From an uncultured delta proteobacterium (lineage in GTDB: Bacteria; Myxococcota; UBA727; VGSZ01), in the NCBI GenBank assembly GCA_963775425.1, contig CAVZJB010000005.1:320001-384000 (forward strand): a DNA stretch of 64,000 nt, written 5' to 3'. The notes under the pieces were generated by a model. It had not been told where the DNA came from. It saw only the letters and a list, made by a program, of their open reading frames with translations, and made no database searches. Within the stretch, counting starts at the first letter, position 1. Each line of letters begins with the position of its first letter. This document shows, piece after piece, positions 1 through 8,863 of the stretch. The position numbers and the translations under genes are program-made.

Positions 1-1545
1 GGGCATCCGGTGGGACTCTTCGTCTTGTTCTTCACCGAGATGTGGGAGCGCTTCTCGTATTACGGCATGCGCGGGCTCCTGAAGCTCTACATGGTGAACT
101 TCCTGTTCATCGGCATCCGCCAGACGCTTCAGGGCGGCGGCTACGACGCCACCGGCAACCCCGACGACGTCATCGGCTGGAGCCTCCTGCGCAAGATCGG
201 CGAGGCCATCGGCTACCTCTCCAAGGTCGACATCACCGCGCCCGACGTCATCAAGGAGTGCATCAACCCCAAGGTCGCGCAGCTCGTCGCCGGCGACCAC
301 CCGATGGCCGCGGACATCGCGCACAAGATCGCGGAGCAGACCTGCTCGGTCTCGCCCAACGCGTCCTCGCTGTACGGCCTCTACACCGGCCTCGTGTACC
401 TGACGCCGCTCCTCGGCGGCCTCATCGCCGACAAGTACCTCGGCCAGAAGCGCTCCGTGTTCGTCGGCGGCATCATCATGGCCCTCGGCCAGTTCGTGCT
501 CTTCGGCGCGCAGAACATGTTCTTCATCGGGCTGTTCCTGCTCATCATCGGCAACGGCTTCTTCAAGCCCAACATCTCCACCCAGGTGGGCAACCTCTAC
601 CCGCCCGGCGACAGCCGCCGCGACGGCGCGTTCACCATCTTCTACATGGGCATCAACCTCGGCGCGTTCCTCTGCAACTTCGTGTGCGGCACGCTGGCGG
701 CGCTCTACGGTTGGCGCTACGGCTTCCTCGCCGCGGGCATCGGCATGTCCACGGGCCTCGTCGTGCAGGCCTTCGGTCAGCGCTTCCTCGCGCCGGACAC
801 GCTCCAGAAGCGCAACGCCGCGGCCGCCGCAGCCGCTGCGGAGAAGGAGAAGGGCGCGGAGGCCAAGGACAAGGACGAGCACCCGCCGTTCAGCAAGAAC
901 GAGTGGAGCCGCATCTGGGCCCTCATCATCCTGTGCGCGCTCAACATCGTCTTCTGGGCGGTCTACGAGCAGCAGGGCAACACGATGCAGACCTGGGCCG
1001 ACGAGCAGACCAACTGGCCCGTCATCTTCGGCTTCCAGGTGCCGGCCACGTGGTTCCAGTCGGCCAACCCGTTCTTCATCTTCGTGCTCGCGCCGTTCCT
1101 CGATCGCTTCTGGTCCTGGCAGAACAAGCGCGGCAAGGAGCCGTCGTCGGTGGCCAAGATGGCCATCGGCTGCATCATCCTCGGGCTGTCCTTCATCATC
1201 ATGATCGCCGGCACGCAGTTCGTCGGCGCGGGCGTCAAGGGCTCGTGGCTGTGGCCGGTCTCGTGCGTGCTCGCGCTGACCATCGGCGAGCTCTACCTGT
1301 CGCCCGTGGGCCTGTCGCTCGTGACCAAGGTGAGCCCCATCCGCATCGTCAGCATGATGATGGGCATGTGGTTCCTCTCGAGCTTCTTCGGCAACCTGCT
1401 CTCGGGGCAGATCGGCCGCCTCTACACCACGTGGTCGCACGAGGCGTTCTTCAGCCTGCTCTTGGTGCTCGGCGTCGCCGCCGGCATCGCCATCTGGCTG
1501 TTCAACAAGCCGCTCAAGAAAGCCATGGGCTCGCACGCGTCATAG
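1..1545 (+). CDS. POT/PTR family proton-dependent oligopeptide transporter (5'-truncated by the window edge)
   Basis: Frame is open from base 1 (GHPVGLF...). EMWERFSYYGMR (ExxERFxYY), GNGFFKPNIS and FYMGINLG motifs; many TM helices. Confidence 0.95.
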   Translation, partial: GHPVGLFVLFFTEMWERFSYYGMRGLLKLYMVNFLFIGIRQTLQGGGYDATGNPDDVIGWSLLRKIGEAIGYLSKVDITAPDVIKECINPKVAQLVAGDHPMAADIAHKIAEQTCSVSPNASSLYGLYTGLVYLTPLLGGLIADKYLGQKRSVFVGGIIMALGQFVLFGAQNMFFIGLFLLIIGNGFFKPNISTQVGNLYPPGDSRRDGAFTIFYMGINLGAFLCNFVCGTLAALYGWRYGFLAAGIGMSTGLVVQAFGQRFLAPDTLQKRNAAAAAAAAEKEKGAEAKDKDEHPPFSKNEWSRIWALIILCALNIVFWAVYEQQGNTMQTWADEQTNWPVIFGFQVPATWFQSANPFFIFVLAPFLDRFWSWQNKRGKEPSSVAKMAIGCIILGLSFIIMIAGTQFVGAGVKGSWLWPVSCVLALTIGELYLSPVGLSLVTKVSPIRIVSMMMGMWFLSSFFGNLLSGQIGRLYTTWSHEAFFSLLLVLGVAAGIAIWLFNKPLKKAMGSHAS

Positions 1546-1592
1546 CGGCGCGGGCACGAACGAGGCGACGAGACGCCAGGGAACGCGTTACC

Positions 1593-2492
1593 GTGGCCCG
1601 GGGGGTGGCGTTGGACAGCATCGACCTGGGAGCCGCGAGCATCGACGAGCGCTTGGCGCTGGTGGGCTTCGGCGCGGACGACGTCGCGCGCCTCGCCGCA
1701 TCGCGTCGGGTGCTCGAGGACAACGCCGAGATGCTCGCCGGCGTCTTCTTCGCGCACCTCGAGCCGCTCGACGAGGCGCGCGGCCTCTTCGCCGACCGCG
1801 GCGTCCTCGGCGAGGCCCGGCGGCTGAAGCGCGAGCACATCGCGGCCATGGCGTCAGGCGCCTACGGCACCGCCTACGCCGAAGAGCGCGCGCGGCTCGG
1901 CGCGCTCTACGGCCACACGGCTCTCCCCGCGCGCCTGTTCCTCGGCGCCTTCAGCCGGATGATCACGCGCGCGGCGCTGCTGTTGCCGGGGGACGCCGTG
2001 GCGTCGCTCTCGAGGCTCGCCGTCTTCGACGTCGGCATCATCGTGGACGTCCTCATCGCCGCGCGCGAGGAGATCATCCGGAGCCAGGCGGTGGCGCTGC
2101 GCGAGCTGTCGACGCCGGTGCTGCAGGTGCGGCCGGGGCTTCTGGTGGCTCCAGTCATCGGCGCCGTCGACAACAGCCGCGCGATGCAGCTCACCGAGAA
2201 CCTGCTCGCGGCCATCCGCTCCCGGCGGGCGCGCGCCGTGGTCATCGACGTCACCGGCGTCGCGGTCGTCGACACCCGGGTGGCCAATCACCTCTTGCAG
2301 ATGGTGTCGGCGGCGCGCTTGATGGGCGCGTCGGTCATCGTCACGGGCATCGCGCCGGTGGTCGCGCATTCGCTCATCGTGCTCGGCGTCGACGTGGACG
2401 GCCTGCACGCCGTCGGGGACCTCGAGGGCGGCATCGAGGCGGCGGAGGTCCTCCTGGCCGCGCCGGGGATGTGGCCGCCGGCGCGCGCGTGA
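1593..2492 (+). CDS. RsbR-like protoglobin-STAS sensor protein
   Basis: C-terminal part of the 42..2492 frame. N-terminal globin-like helical domain, then LRELSTPVLQV...IDVTGVAVVDTRVA...ARLMGASVIVTGI STAS signature. GTG start is approximate. Confidence 0.85.
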   Translation: MARGVALDSIDLGAASIDERLALVGFGADDVARLAASRRVLEDNAEMLAGVFFAHLEPLDEARGLFADRGVLGEARRLKREHIAAMASGAYGTAYAEERARLGALYGHTALPARLFLGAFSRMITRAALLLPGDAVASLSRLAVFDVGIIVDVLIAAREEIIRSQAVALRELSTPVLQVRPGLLVAPVIGAVDNSRAMQLTENLLAAIRSRRARAVVIDVTGVAVVDTRVANHLLQMVSAARLMGASVIVTGIAPVVAHSLIVLGVDVDGLHAVGDLEGGIEAAEVLLAAPGMWPPARA

Positions 2493-2535
2493 CGCCTCGG
2501 ACGCCGTGAGCGCGCACCGCCGCGCGCGGCTCGTG

Positions 2536-3150
2536 TCATGCGGCCACGGCGGCCCCGCGGCGGACGGTGGCCACGATCGGCAGCGTGTCGAGGCGGCTGG
2601 TCTCGAGCTCCACGACGGACATGCCGCTGTCTGCGATGAGCGCCGGCGCGTCGCGGTCGAGGTGGCAGCCGCCGGAGACCGCCCCCCACAAGGGGTTCAG
2701 GCGCCTCTGCCAGCGAAGCACGCGGGCGTCGTCCGAGGCGACGTGCTCGAGGAACAGGAGACGGCCGCCGGACGCGAGCACCCGGCGCGCCTCCTGAAGA
2801 GCGCGGTCGACGTCGCGGATGGAGCAGAGCGTGAACGTGCTGACGACGGTGTCGAACGACGCGTCTTCGAAGGGGAGGGCGTCGCCCGAGAGCACCGCGT
2901 GGCGCGCCTCTCGCCCGGCGGCGGCGAGGCGACGGAGCGCGAGGTCGCTCATGCCGGGGTTGTGGTCGACGACGACGAGCTCGTCGACGGTGGACGGGTA
3001 GTGGCGCGCGTTGAGGCCGGTGCCGAAGCCGAGCTCGAGCACGCGCCCGCGCGCGCCGGCGAGGGTGGCGGCGCGCAGCGCGTTGATCTCGTCGCCGCGC
3101 AGGCTGTAGTCCAGGGCGCGCGGCAGGATCGTTCGCTCGTACAAGCCCAT
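2536..3150 (-). CDS. Class I SAM-dependent methyltransferase
   Basis: VLELGFGTG motif I, LPFEDASFDTVVSTFTLCSI, RVLASGG; start re-called at MGLYERTILP. Confidence 0.9.
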   Translation of the reverse strand: MGLYERTILPRALDYSLRGDEINALRAATLAGARGRVLELGFGTGLNARHYPSTVDELVVVDHNPGMSDLALRRLAAAGREARHAVLSGDALPFEDASFDTVVSTFTLCSIRDVDRALQEARRVLASGGRLLFLEHVASDDARVLRWQRRLNPLWGAVSGGCHLDRDAPALIADSGMSVVELETSRLDTLPIVATVRRGAAVAA

Positions 3151-3256
3151 CGCGCATCGTAGGCACTCGCCGCGCGGCGCGCAGGCGTGCAAGAGCCCAC
3201 CGGCGAAGGGCGCCGCCCCGGATCCGCGACGAGGGCTGGCCCGATGGACGCTACGG

Positions 3257-3360
3257 CCACACGGCGGAGCGGAAAGGAGCTCCGAGCTCGGCGACGAAGA
3301 CGCGCGCCGAGTTGAGCGCCGGGGCGCCGAGCTCTCCGCTCCTTTCCGCTCCGGCGGTGG
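3257..3360. repeat. Long imperfect inverted repeat (intergenic stem-loop)
   Basis: CGGAGCGGAAAGGAGC (3265-3280) is the exact reverse complement of GCTCCTTTCCGCTCCG (3338-3353). GAGCTCGGCG (3284-3293) pairs with CGCCGAGCTC (3325-3334). Confidence 0.8.
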
Positions 3361-3502
3361 CGACGTTGTCTAGAGCCTTCGCGAAGCTCACCGCCTGAAG
3401 TCCGCGCCGACGTGCCTCGCCACGAACTCCGCGCGGCGAGCCACCTTGTGGGCGGCTTCGCCGAGTGCTGCTACGAGCCTTGTTTTTCGTCAGCCGTTCA
3501 GC

Positions 3503-4165
3503 TCATTGGCCGAGCGCGTTGATGTCGACGCTGTCGAGGATCTTCTTGTGCGCGCCGTCCCTCGCGACGGCGATCATGGCGCGGCCGAGGACCTCGCTCG
3601 TGGTCACGGCGTTGGGCGCCAACCGGCGCAGCAGCGGATAGAGCGGCGCGCCCACGGCGTAGACCACGCGGTACAGCGGCGTCGATGACACCACGCCTTT
3701 CACCGGCTGGATGTAGCCGGGCCGGAACATCGCCGCGCGCTCGAACATGGCGAGCAGATCGTTCTCGGTCTTGCCCTTCACCCGCGCCCACATCGAGCGG
3801 CCCTCCTCGGTGCTGTCGGTGCCGGCGCCGGAGACGTAGCAGAACATGATGTCCGGGTTCGACGCCTTCAGGGTGCGCGCGGCGGCGAGCGTGATGTCGT
3901 AGGTGACCCTGCGGTACGCGTCCTCCTTCATCCCTGCCGAGGAGACGCCAAGGCAGAAGAAGCACGCGTCGAGGTGGCCCATGCTGTCAGAGACGGCGCC
4001 GAAGTCGGTGAAGTCGCCGTGGACAATCTCTTCGAGCTTTTCGTGCGCGGCCCCGCTCGGCCGGCGCACGAGGCTCACGACGCGCTCGATGCCGGGGTCG
4101 GCCAGGCACTCGATGAGCACCCCGCGCCCCACCATCCCCGTGGCGCCGAAGAGGACGACGTTCAC
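3503..4165 (-). CDS. NAD(P)-binding Rossmann-fold epimerase/atypical SDR
   Basis: VVLFGATGMVG dinucleotide-binding motif, CFFCLGVSS, YVSGAGTD, WARVKGKTENDL, FRPGYI; GTG start at 4165. Confidence 0.9.
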   Translation of the reverse strand: MNVVLFGATGMVGRGVLIECLADPGIERVVSLVRRPSGAAHEKLEEIVHGDFTDFGAVSDSMGHLDACFFCLGVSSAGMKEDAYRRVTYDITLAAARTLKASNPDIMFCYVSGAGTDSTEEGRSMWARVKGKTENDLLAMFERAAMFRPGYIQPVKGVVSSTPLYRVVYAVGAPLYPLLRRLAPNAVTTSEVLGRAMIAVARDGAHKKILDSVDINALGQ

Positions 4166-4202
4166 GTCGCGCCCTTGGCCAGCTCCGCTGCGCCGCGCAC
4201 GC

Positions 4203-5459
4203 TCACTCCTTGGCGCGCGCGGCGATGAGGGCGTGGCGGGCGTCGGTCTCGCTGACGCGGACCTCGTCGACGCCGAGGCCGTCGAGGATGCGCAGGAGCA
4301 GCGACGCCGATGCCGGCAGCTTCTTGCCGTAGTCGAGCGCGCCCGCGGCGGTGTCGACGCCGAGCGCCTTCTGCGTGGTGGCATCCTTGCCGCTCTGCAC
4401 GAGGGGGATGCGCGCGTCGTACGGCAGGACGATGATCTCCTTGCGCAGCGCATCGATGTCGGCGCGGGTGATGACGTCCCTGTTGAAGTGCGCGCGCAGG
4501 AACTTGGAGACGCCGCCGGTGGCGACGAGCGTGCGCCCCGACAGGAGCGCGGCGTCCAGCGGCAGGGGCGCGTTGTGCGCGAGCCACTTGTCGACGGCGG
4601 CGAAGTCGGCGACGTGGCCCGCGCCGAGCGTCGGGGCGTCCTTGCCCGCGGCGGGCGCGAGCAGGGTGTCGAGGATGATGTTGCTGCCCACCTGCGTGGA
4701 GCCGCCGTCCTCCACGCCCTTCTCGGTGCCGACGGCGAGCTGGAAGCTGCCGCCGCCGAGGTCGAGGGTGGCGTAGCGCCCGGGGGCGCCGTTCATCATG
4801 ACGAGCGCGCCGCGGAAGCCCATGCCCGCCTCGTCGTCGCCGGCCAACACCTTGACGCGCGCGAGGCCGAGCTCCCGGATGGCGCGCACGAGGTCGTCGC
4901 CGTTGGTGGAGTTGCGCACGACGGCCGTGGTGATCATCGGGATGTCGGCGGCCTTGACGCCGAGCTTGGCGGCGTCGTCGATGAACTGCGCGAGCGCCTT
5001 GAGCGCGCGCTGCTGGTTGGCGTCGGGGATGGCCTCGCCGTTGTTGACGCCCTTGCCGAGCGCTGCGCCGATCTTCTCGTCGAGGACGGTGCGCATCTTG
5101 CCGTCTGCGCCGAGGCGCGCGACGAGCATCTTGGCGCTGGAGCTGCCGAGGTCGATGGCGGCGAACACCTGCTGGGCGCTCCGCTGTCCGAGGCGCAGCG
5201 CCGCGGTCTTGCCCGCGCGCTTGTCGACGGGGACCTCGGGGGCCGGCTGGAGCGCGATGCGCTGGCCGAGCTTCTCGAACGTGCGCCGGGCGATGTCCTT
5301 GGGCTTGAGGTGGACGAGCTTGGCCGTCGTGTCGCTCGCGCCGCCGGCCTTCGCCGTCTTCTGTTCGCCCGCGCCTTCCTTCCTGGCCCGCGCCGAGACC
5401 TTCTTGAGGCCGCCCTGAAGGGGGGCGCGTCGTCGGCGGGGGCGGATGGAGTCGGTCAC
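4203..5459 (-). CDS. Ppx/GppA-like ASKHA phosphatase with basic N-terminal extension and no HD domain
   Basis: AAIDLGSSSAK, TAVVRNSTN, GDDEA, LDLGGGSFQL; ~95-aa low-complexity N-terminus. Start overlaps the upstream stop (GTGA). Confidence 0.8.
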   Translation of the reverse strand: MTDSIRPRRRRAPLQGGLKKVSARARKEGAGEQKTAKAGGASDTTAKLVHLKPKDIARRTFEKLGQRIALQPAPEVPVDKRAGKTAALRLGQRSAQQVFAAIDLGSSSAKMLVARLGADGKMRTVLDEKIGAALGKGVNNGEAIPDANQQRALKALAQFIDDAAKLGVKAADIPMITTAVVRNSTNGDDLVRAIRELGLARVKVLAGDDEAGMGFRGALVMMNGAPGRYATLDLGGGSFQLAVGTEKGVEDGGSTQVGSNIILDTLLAPAAGKDAPTLGAGHVADFAAVDKWLAHNAPLPLDAALLSGRTLVATGGVSKFLRAHFNRDVITRADIDALRKEIIVLPYDARIPLVQSGKDATTQKALGVDTAAGALDYGKKLPASASLLLRILDGLGVDEVRVSETDARHALIAARAKE

Positions 5460-6214
5460 TCGAGCCTGTCTCCGCGAAGCGCGGCGAAGAAGCGTCGAGC
5501 TTTGCCCGGTGAGACGCGTCCGACAACCCCGGCCCGGGCGTAGAGATCCGCGAACGCGGCGGCCGCGTCGGCGGGGACGACGTCGTCGGGGACCTCCATC
5601 TCCACCTCGTGGTGCACCTGATCGCCCGGGAAGCGCGTGCGATCGAGCTCGAGGACGGCGCGAAACGTCGTGTTGCCGTGGGACAGCTCGACGGGGATGC
5701 GCGTGCGCTCGTTTTCGAACGCACCGAGGAGCTGCACCGGTCGGCCGCCGAGCGCCTTCCTGAGCGCGCCGACGAGGGCGCGCCGCGTCGACGACAGGGG
5801 CCCGCCGCGCTCGTCCTCGAGGAGCGCGATGGGGTCGGCGCCGGCGCGCACGGCGGCGTCGTCGTCGTCGCCGATCTCGACCTCCTCCTCGCGCACCGAG
5901 GTGAGGCTCCCCTGGCGCGTGCCGGGCCCCTTGGCCGTGACGAAGGTGCGGCCGGGGACGTCGCCGCCGCCGCCGCGAGCGTTGCGCGCGGACGCGGGCG
6001 TCTCACGGCGCACGCGCACGATGAGGCCCTGGGCGCCGAGGGCGCGATCGGGCGTGTCATAGAACGCGTTTCTCTGCAGGATCGTGGGCTCCGGTGTGCC
6101 GCCGCTGGCGGCGGCGATCTTCATCAGACCCGCGAGGTCGTCGACGCGCAGCTTGAGCTCGGTCTCGCGTCCGCTCCCCGCGGAGGTCGCGCCGCGCTTG
6201 CCGGCGTCACTCAC
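5456..6214 (-). CDS. CYTH (triphosphate tunnel metalloenzyme / class IV adenylate cyclase-like) protein
   Basis: ETELKLR (ExExK), YDTPD, VRVRR, TAKGP, EEEV, LELDRT, HEVEME, GKARR. Confidence 0.85.
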   Translation of the reverse strand: MSDAGKRGATSAGSGRETELKLRVDDLAGLMKIAAASGGTPEPTILQRNAFYDTPDRALGAQGLIVRVRRETPASARNARGGGGDVPGRTFVTAKGPGTRQGSLTSVREEEVEIGDDDDAAVRAGADPIALLEDERGGPLSSTRRALVGALRKALGGRPVQLLGAFENERTRIPVELSHGNTTFRAVLELDRTRFPGDQVHHEVEMEVPDDVVPADAAAAFADLYARAGVVGRVSPGKARRFFAALRGDRLE

Positions 6215-6845
6215 GACGCACCTCGCCCGGCACGATGACGAGCACGGCGCCCTCGCCGTCGCCGGCACCGTCGTCGTCCTCGAGCGCCCCGGCCCTGGCG
6301 AGCCCGGCCTCGATGAAGCCGCGCAGGTTGCCGAGGGCGAACTGCACGCGATCGCTCGGCGCCGCTCGGCCCGCGTCGACGACGACGCCCGGCGCCGGCG
6401 CCGCCGGCGCGCTCTTGTGTCCGGGCAGGAAGCCCTTGATGTAGCCGCCGCCTTGCCGGCGCACGCGGTCCGGCCGCTTGCCCCGCGGCAGCGACGACGA
6501 CTCCGCGCCGATCTCGCGCGCCGCCTTCCTCTGCGGCCCCGCGCCGGGCGTCAAGGCGCGCACGAGCGCACGCAGCGCTGCGGTGGTGCCGCGCACGCTG
6601 ACGTCCTCACCACCCGTGGTCTTCTGCCGCTTGAGCTTGTCGAGCGCGCTGAGCTCGGTCTTCTGCTTGCCTGCGAGGAGCGCGTCGAGCTCGGTGTCGC
6701 TGGCGACGACGACGACGTCGCCGGCGTCGGGCGCGAGCGCCAGGATGCCTTCGTAGCCCGCCGCCGCCGCGGCCGGCACGAGGGCGCCCGCGAAGAACGC
6801 GGCGTCGTAGCGGGGAACGTCGATGAGTGGGCGAAGCGTGGGCAT
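6207..6845 (-). CDS. Hypothetical protein
   Basis: ATG start, GC3-biased codons, overlaps the CYTH start by 8 bp; no recognised motif. Confidence 0.6.
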   Translation of the reverse strand: MPTLRPLIDVPRYDAAFFAGALVPAAAAAGYEGILALAPDAGDVVVVASDTELDALLAGKQKTELSALDKLKRQKTTGGEDVSVRGTTAALRALVRALTPGAGPQRKAAREIGAESSSLPRGKRPDRVRRQGGGYIKGFLPGHKSAPAAPAPGVVVDAGRAAPSDRVQFALGNLRGFIEAGLARAGALEDDDGAGDGEGAVLVIVPGEVRRE

Positions 6846-6915
6846 GGCGTGGCCGGATCCTCGCGTGCGCCGGCGTCGGCGACAAGGACCCGGCTCACGC
6901 GCCTGGGAGTCAGGC

Positions 6916-7866
6916 TCAGAAGTCCTGATACGGGTACGGCGAGGGCGACACGTGGTGGCGCTCGAGGTCTTCGCTCTCGTGCTCCGTGTCCCAGCGGACC
7001 TCGGGGTGGGCCTGCTGGTACTTCTCGGCGGACTGGATCGCCTTGTCGACGTCGAAGAAGCCCTCGCCGACGTGGATGCGGTACTGGCGCGCCTCGACGT
7101 AGCCGCCGACGCCGGCGCTGCCGGTGGGCCACGCCTCGAGCGTGACCTGGCCCTTGGTGCCGTCGGGGAGCTCGATGGGCAGGCGCGTGGCGAGCTCGAT
7201 CTTGTCGGGGTTGTTCCGCTGGATGCCGCTCTGGTCGATGGTCTTGCCGTCGGGGAGGCGGATGCGGACGTTGTACGTGTTGGTGGAGGCGAACTGCTTG
7301 CGCAGGGCGTCGTTGCCGTACGAGGCCAACCGCTGCAGCTCGTAGTCGTCGCTGTCGAGGCTGGCGCGTTGCATCTTGTCGAACGTGGCGCGCGGCAGGT
7401 CGACGCTCTTGCCGTCGAGCGTGATGGTCACGCTCTGCTTGGTCTTTTGGTAGTCGCTCTGGAGCTCGCGCGTGGCGGCGTCGCACGCGGTGCGCAGCGC
7501 CTGGAACTTCTTGACCTCGTCGTTGGTGCGCCAGCCGACGCGCGCGAATTCGTGCTCGGCCCAGCCGGTGACGCGATCGCTCATGCCGCCCTGGGCGTGG
7601 CCCGAGATGTTGATGCACAGCGTGCCGCGCAGCGGACCCTTGGGCGCCGACTTGATGTTCATCTCCTTGGGGAGGTTCGTGTGGTACGCGAACGCGAACG
7701 CGTCGAAGCTGACGCCTGCCTGCGGCAGGAACAGGATGGACGAGGCGCCGCCGCCGTTGGCGCGCCGCGCGAGGTCGGCGAGCGTGCGTCCCACGTTGAG
7801 GTTCTCCTGGAAGGGACCCGTGGGCTGCAAACGATTGACGCTTCCGCCGCGAACTTGACCGACCAT
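6916..7866 (-). CDS. Hypothetical protein (316 aa, no signal peptide)
   Basis: GGAGG RBS before ATG at 7866; normal globular composition with strong GC3 bias; no family recognised. Confidence 0.8.
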   Translation of the reverse strand: MVGQVRGGSVNRLQPTGPFQENLNVGRTLADLARRANGGGASSILFLPQAGVSFDAFAFAYHTNLPKEMNIKSAPKGPLRGTLCINISGHAQGGMSDRVTGWAEHEFARVGWRTNDEVKKFQALRTACDAATRELQSDYQKTKQSVTITLDGKSVDLPRATFDKMQRASLDSDDYELQRLASYGNDALRKQFASTNTYNVRIRLPDGKTIDQSGIQRNNPDKIELATRLPIELPDGTKGQVTLEAWPTGSAGVGGYVEARQYRIHVGEGFFDVDKAIQSAEKYQQAHPEVRWDTEHESEDLERHHVSPSPYPYQDF

Positions 7867-7933
7867 CTCTGCCTCCGAAGCGGGGGCGAGCCCCCACCCT
7901 ACGTGCCACGCGCTCAGCGAGCCCGCGTTCCTT

Positions 7934-8863
7934 CTATGTCGATGGGCCCAACTTTGTCTCGAGCGCCGTGCGCACCCCATCGAAGAAATTCGCCACCGCC
8001 TGACGCGCAGCGGGGTCCCGGGCGTTTGGGACGCCGAGCAGGTCCCGCCAGCGCGGCAGATCCGGCATCACGTGGACGTGGAGCTGGCGCACCGTGACGT
8101 CCTGCGGCGGGTTCACCCAGATGCCCGCCGGGGGGGTCTTGTGCGCGGCGTTGAGCGCGTCGGAGACGTGCGCCGAGAGCAGGGCGAGCTCGTCGAGGAG
8201 GGGCTTTTGCGCGTCGACGGGCAGCATGAGCGGCTGCTTGGGCACCACGAGGGCCTTCGGCGACGGCGCGAAGAGGTCGACCAGCACCATGGCCTGCGGC
8301 GACTCCCACAGCACCATCTCCCGCGCCCGCGCCTGCGGGTCCTTCTGCGCGATGGGGGTGAACGGATCGCGGCGCGTGTTGATGCGCGGGCGCTCCTCCG
8401 AGATCACCTTTTGCACGGTGCGCTCGGCGTTCTTCTGCATGTCCGCGTGGTACGTGAGCACGAGCTGGTGCAGCCGCGCCGCGTTTTGATCGAAGAAGTC
8501 GTCGACGACCTGCTCGCGCTCGTCGTCGTCGAGGGGCGAGCCCTTCTGCATCTCGGCGCGGTCGAGCGCGATCTCGACGTCGCCCCACATCTCCTGGCGC
8601 GCGGCGTCCTTGGCCGCGCTCTCGAGCAGCGCCTTGCGCCAGTCGCCGACGAGGTCGGGCACCTGGGTCTTCGTCGGACCCGCCGACGCGAGCGCCGAGG
8701 TCCGCAGGCGCGTGTCCGCCGCGGTGGTGACCACCTTGTCCTCGAGCGCGTCGACGGCGCCGCCGCGGCCCGCACCGCCGCCGCCGCCCACCGCCGTGGC
8801 GCTTCGTTGGGGGTCGACGTTGACGCGCCTGAAGTGCTGCTGTCTTCCGATGACCGGCATCAT
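7934..8863 (-). CDS. HIT-like nucleotide hydrolase/transferase domain protein with N-terminal extension
   Basis: C-terminal part of the 7934..11272 frame. DPFTPIA...VLWESPQAMVLVDLFAPSPKALVVPK...TVRQLHVHVMP (QxHxH variant of the HIT motif). Start overlaps the upstream stop (ATGA). Confidence 0.75.
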   Translation of the reverse strand: MMPVIGRQQHFRRVNVDPQRSATAVGGGGGAGRGGAVDALEDKVVTTAADTRLRTSALASAGPTKTQVPDLVGDWRKALLESAAKDAARQEMWGDVEIALDRAEMQKGSPLDDDEREQVVDDFFDQNAARLHQLVLTYHADMQKNAERTVQKVISEERPRINTRRDPFTPIAQKDPQARAREMVLWESPQAMVLVDLFAPSPKALVVPKQPLMLPVDAQKPLLDELALLSAHVSDALNAAHKTPPAGIWVNPPQDVTVRQLHVHVMPDLPRWRDLLGVPNARDPAARQAVANFFDGVRTALETKLGPST

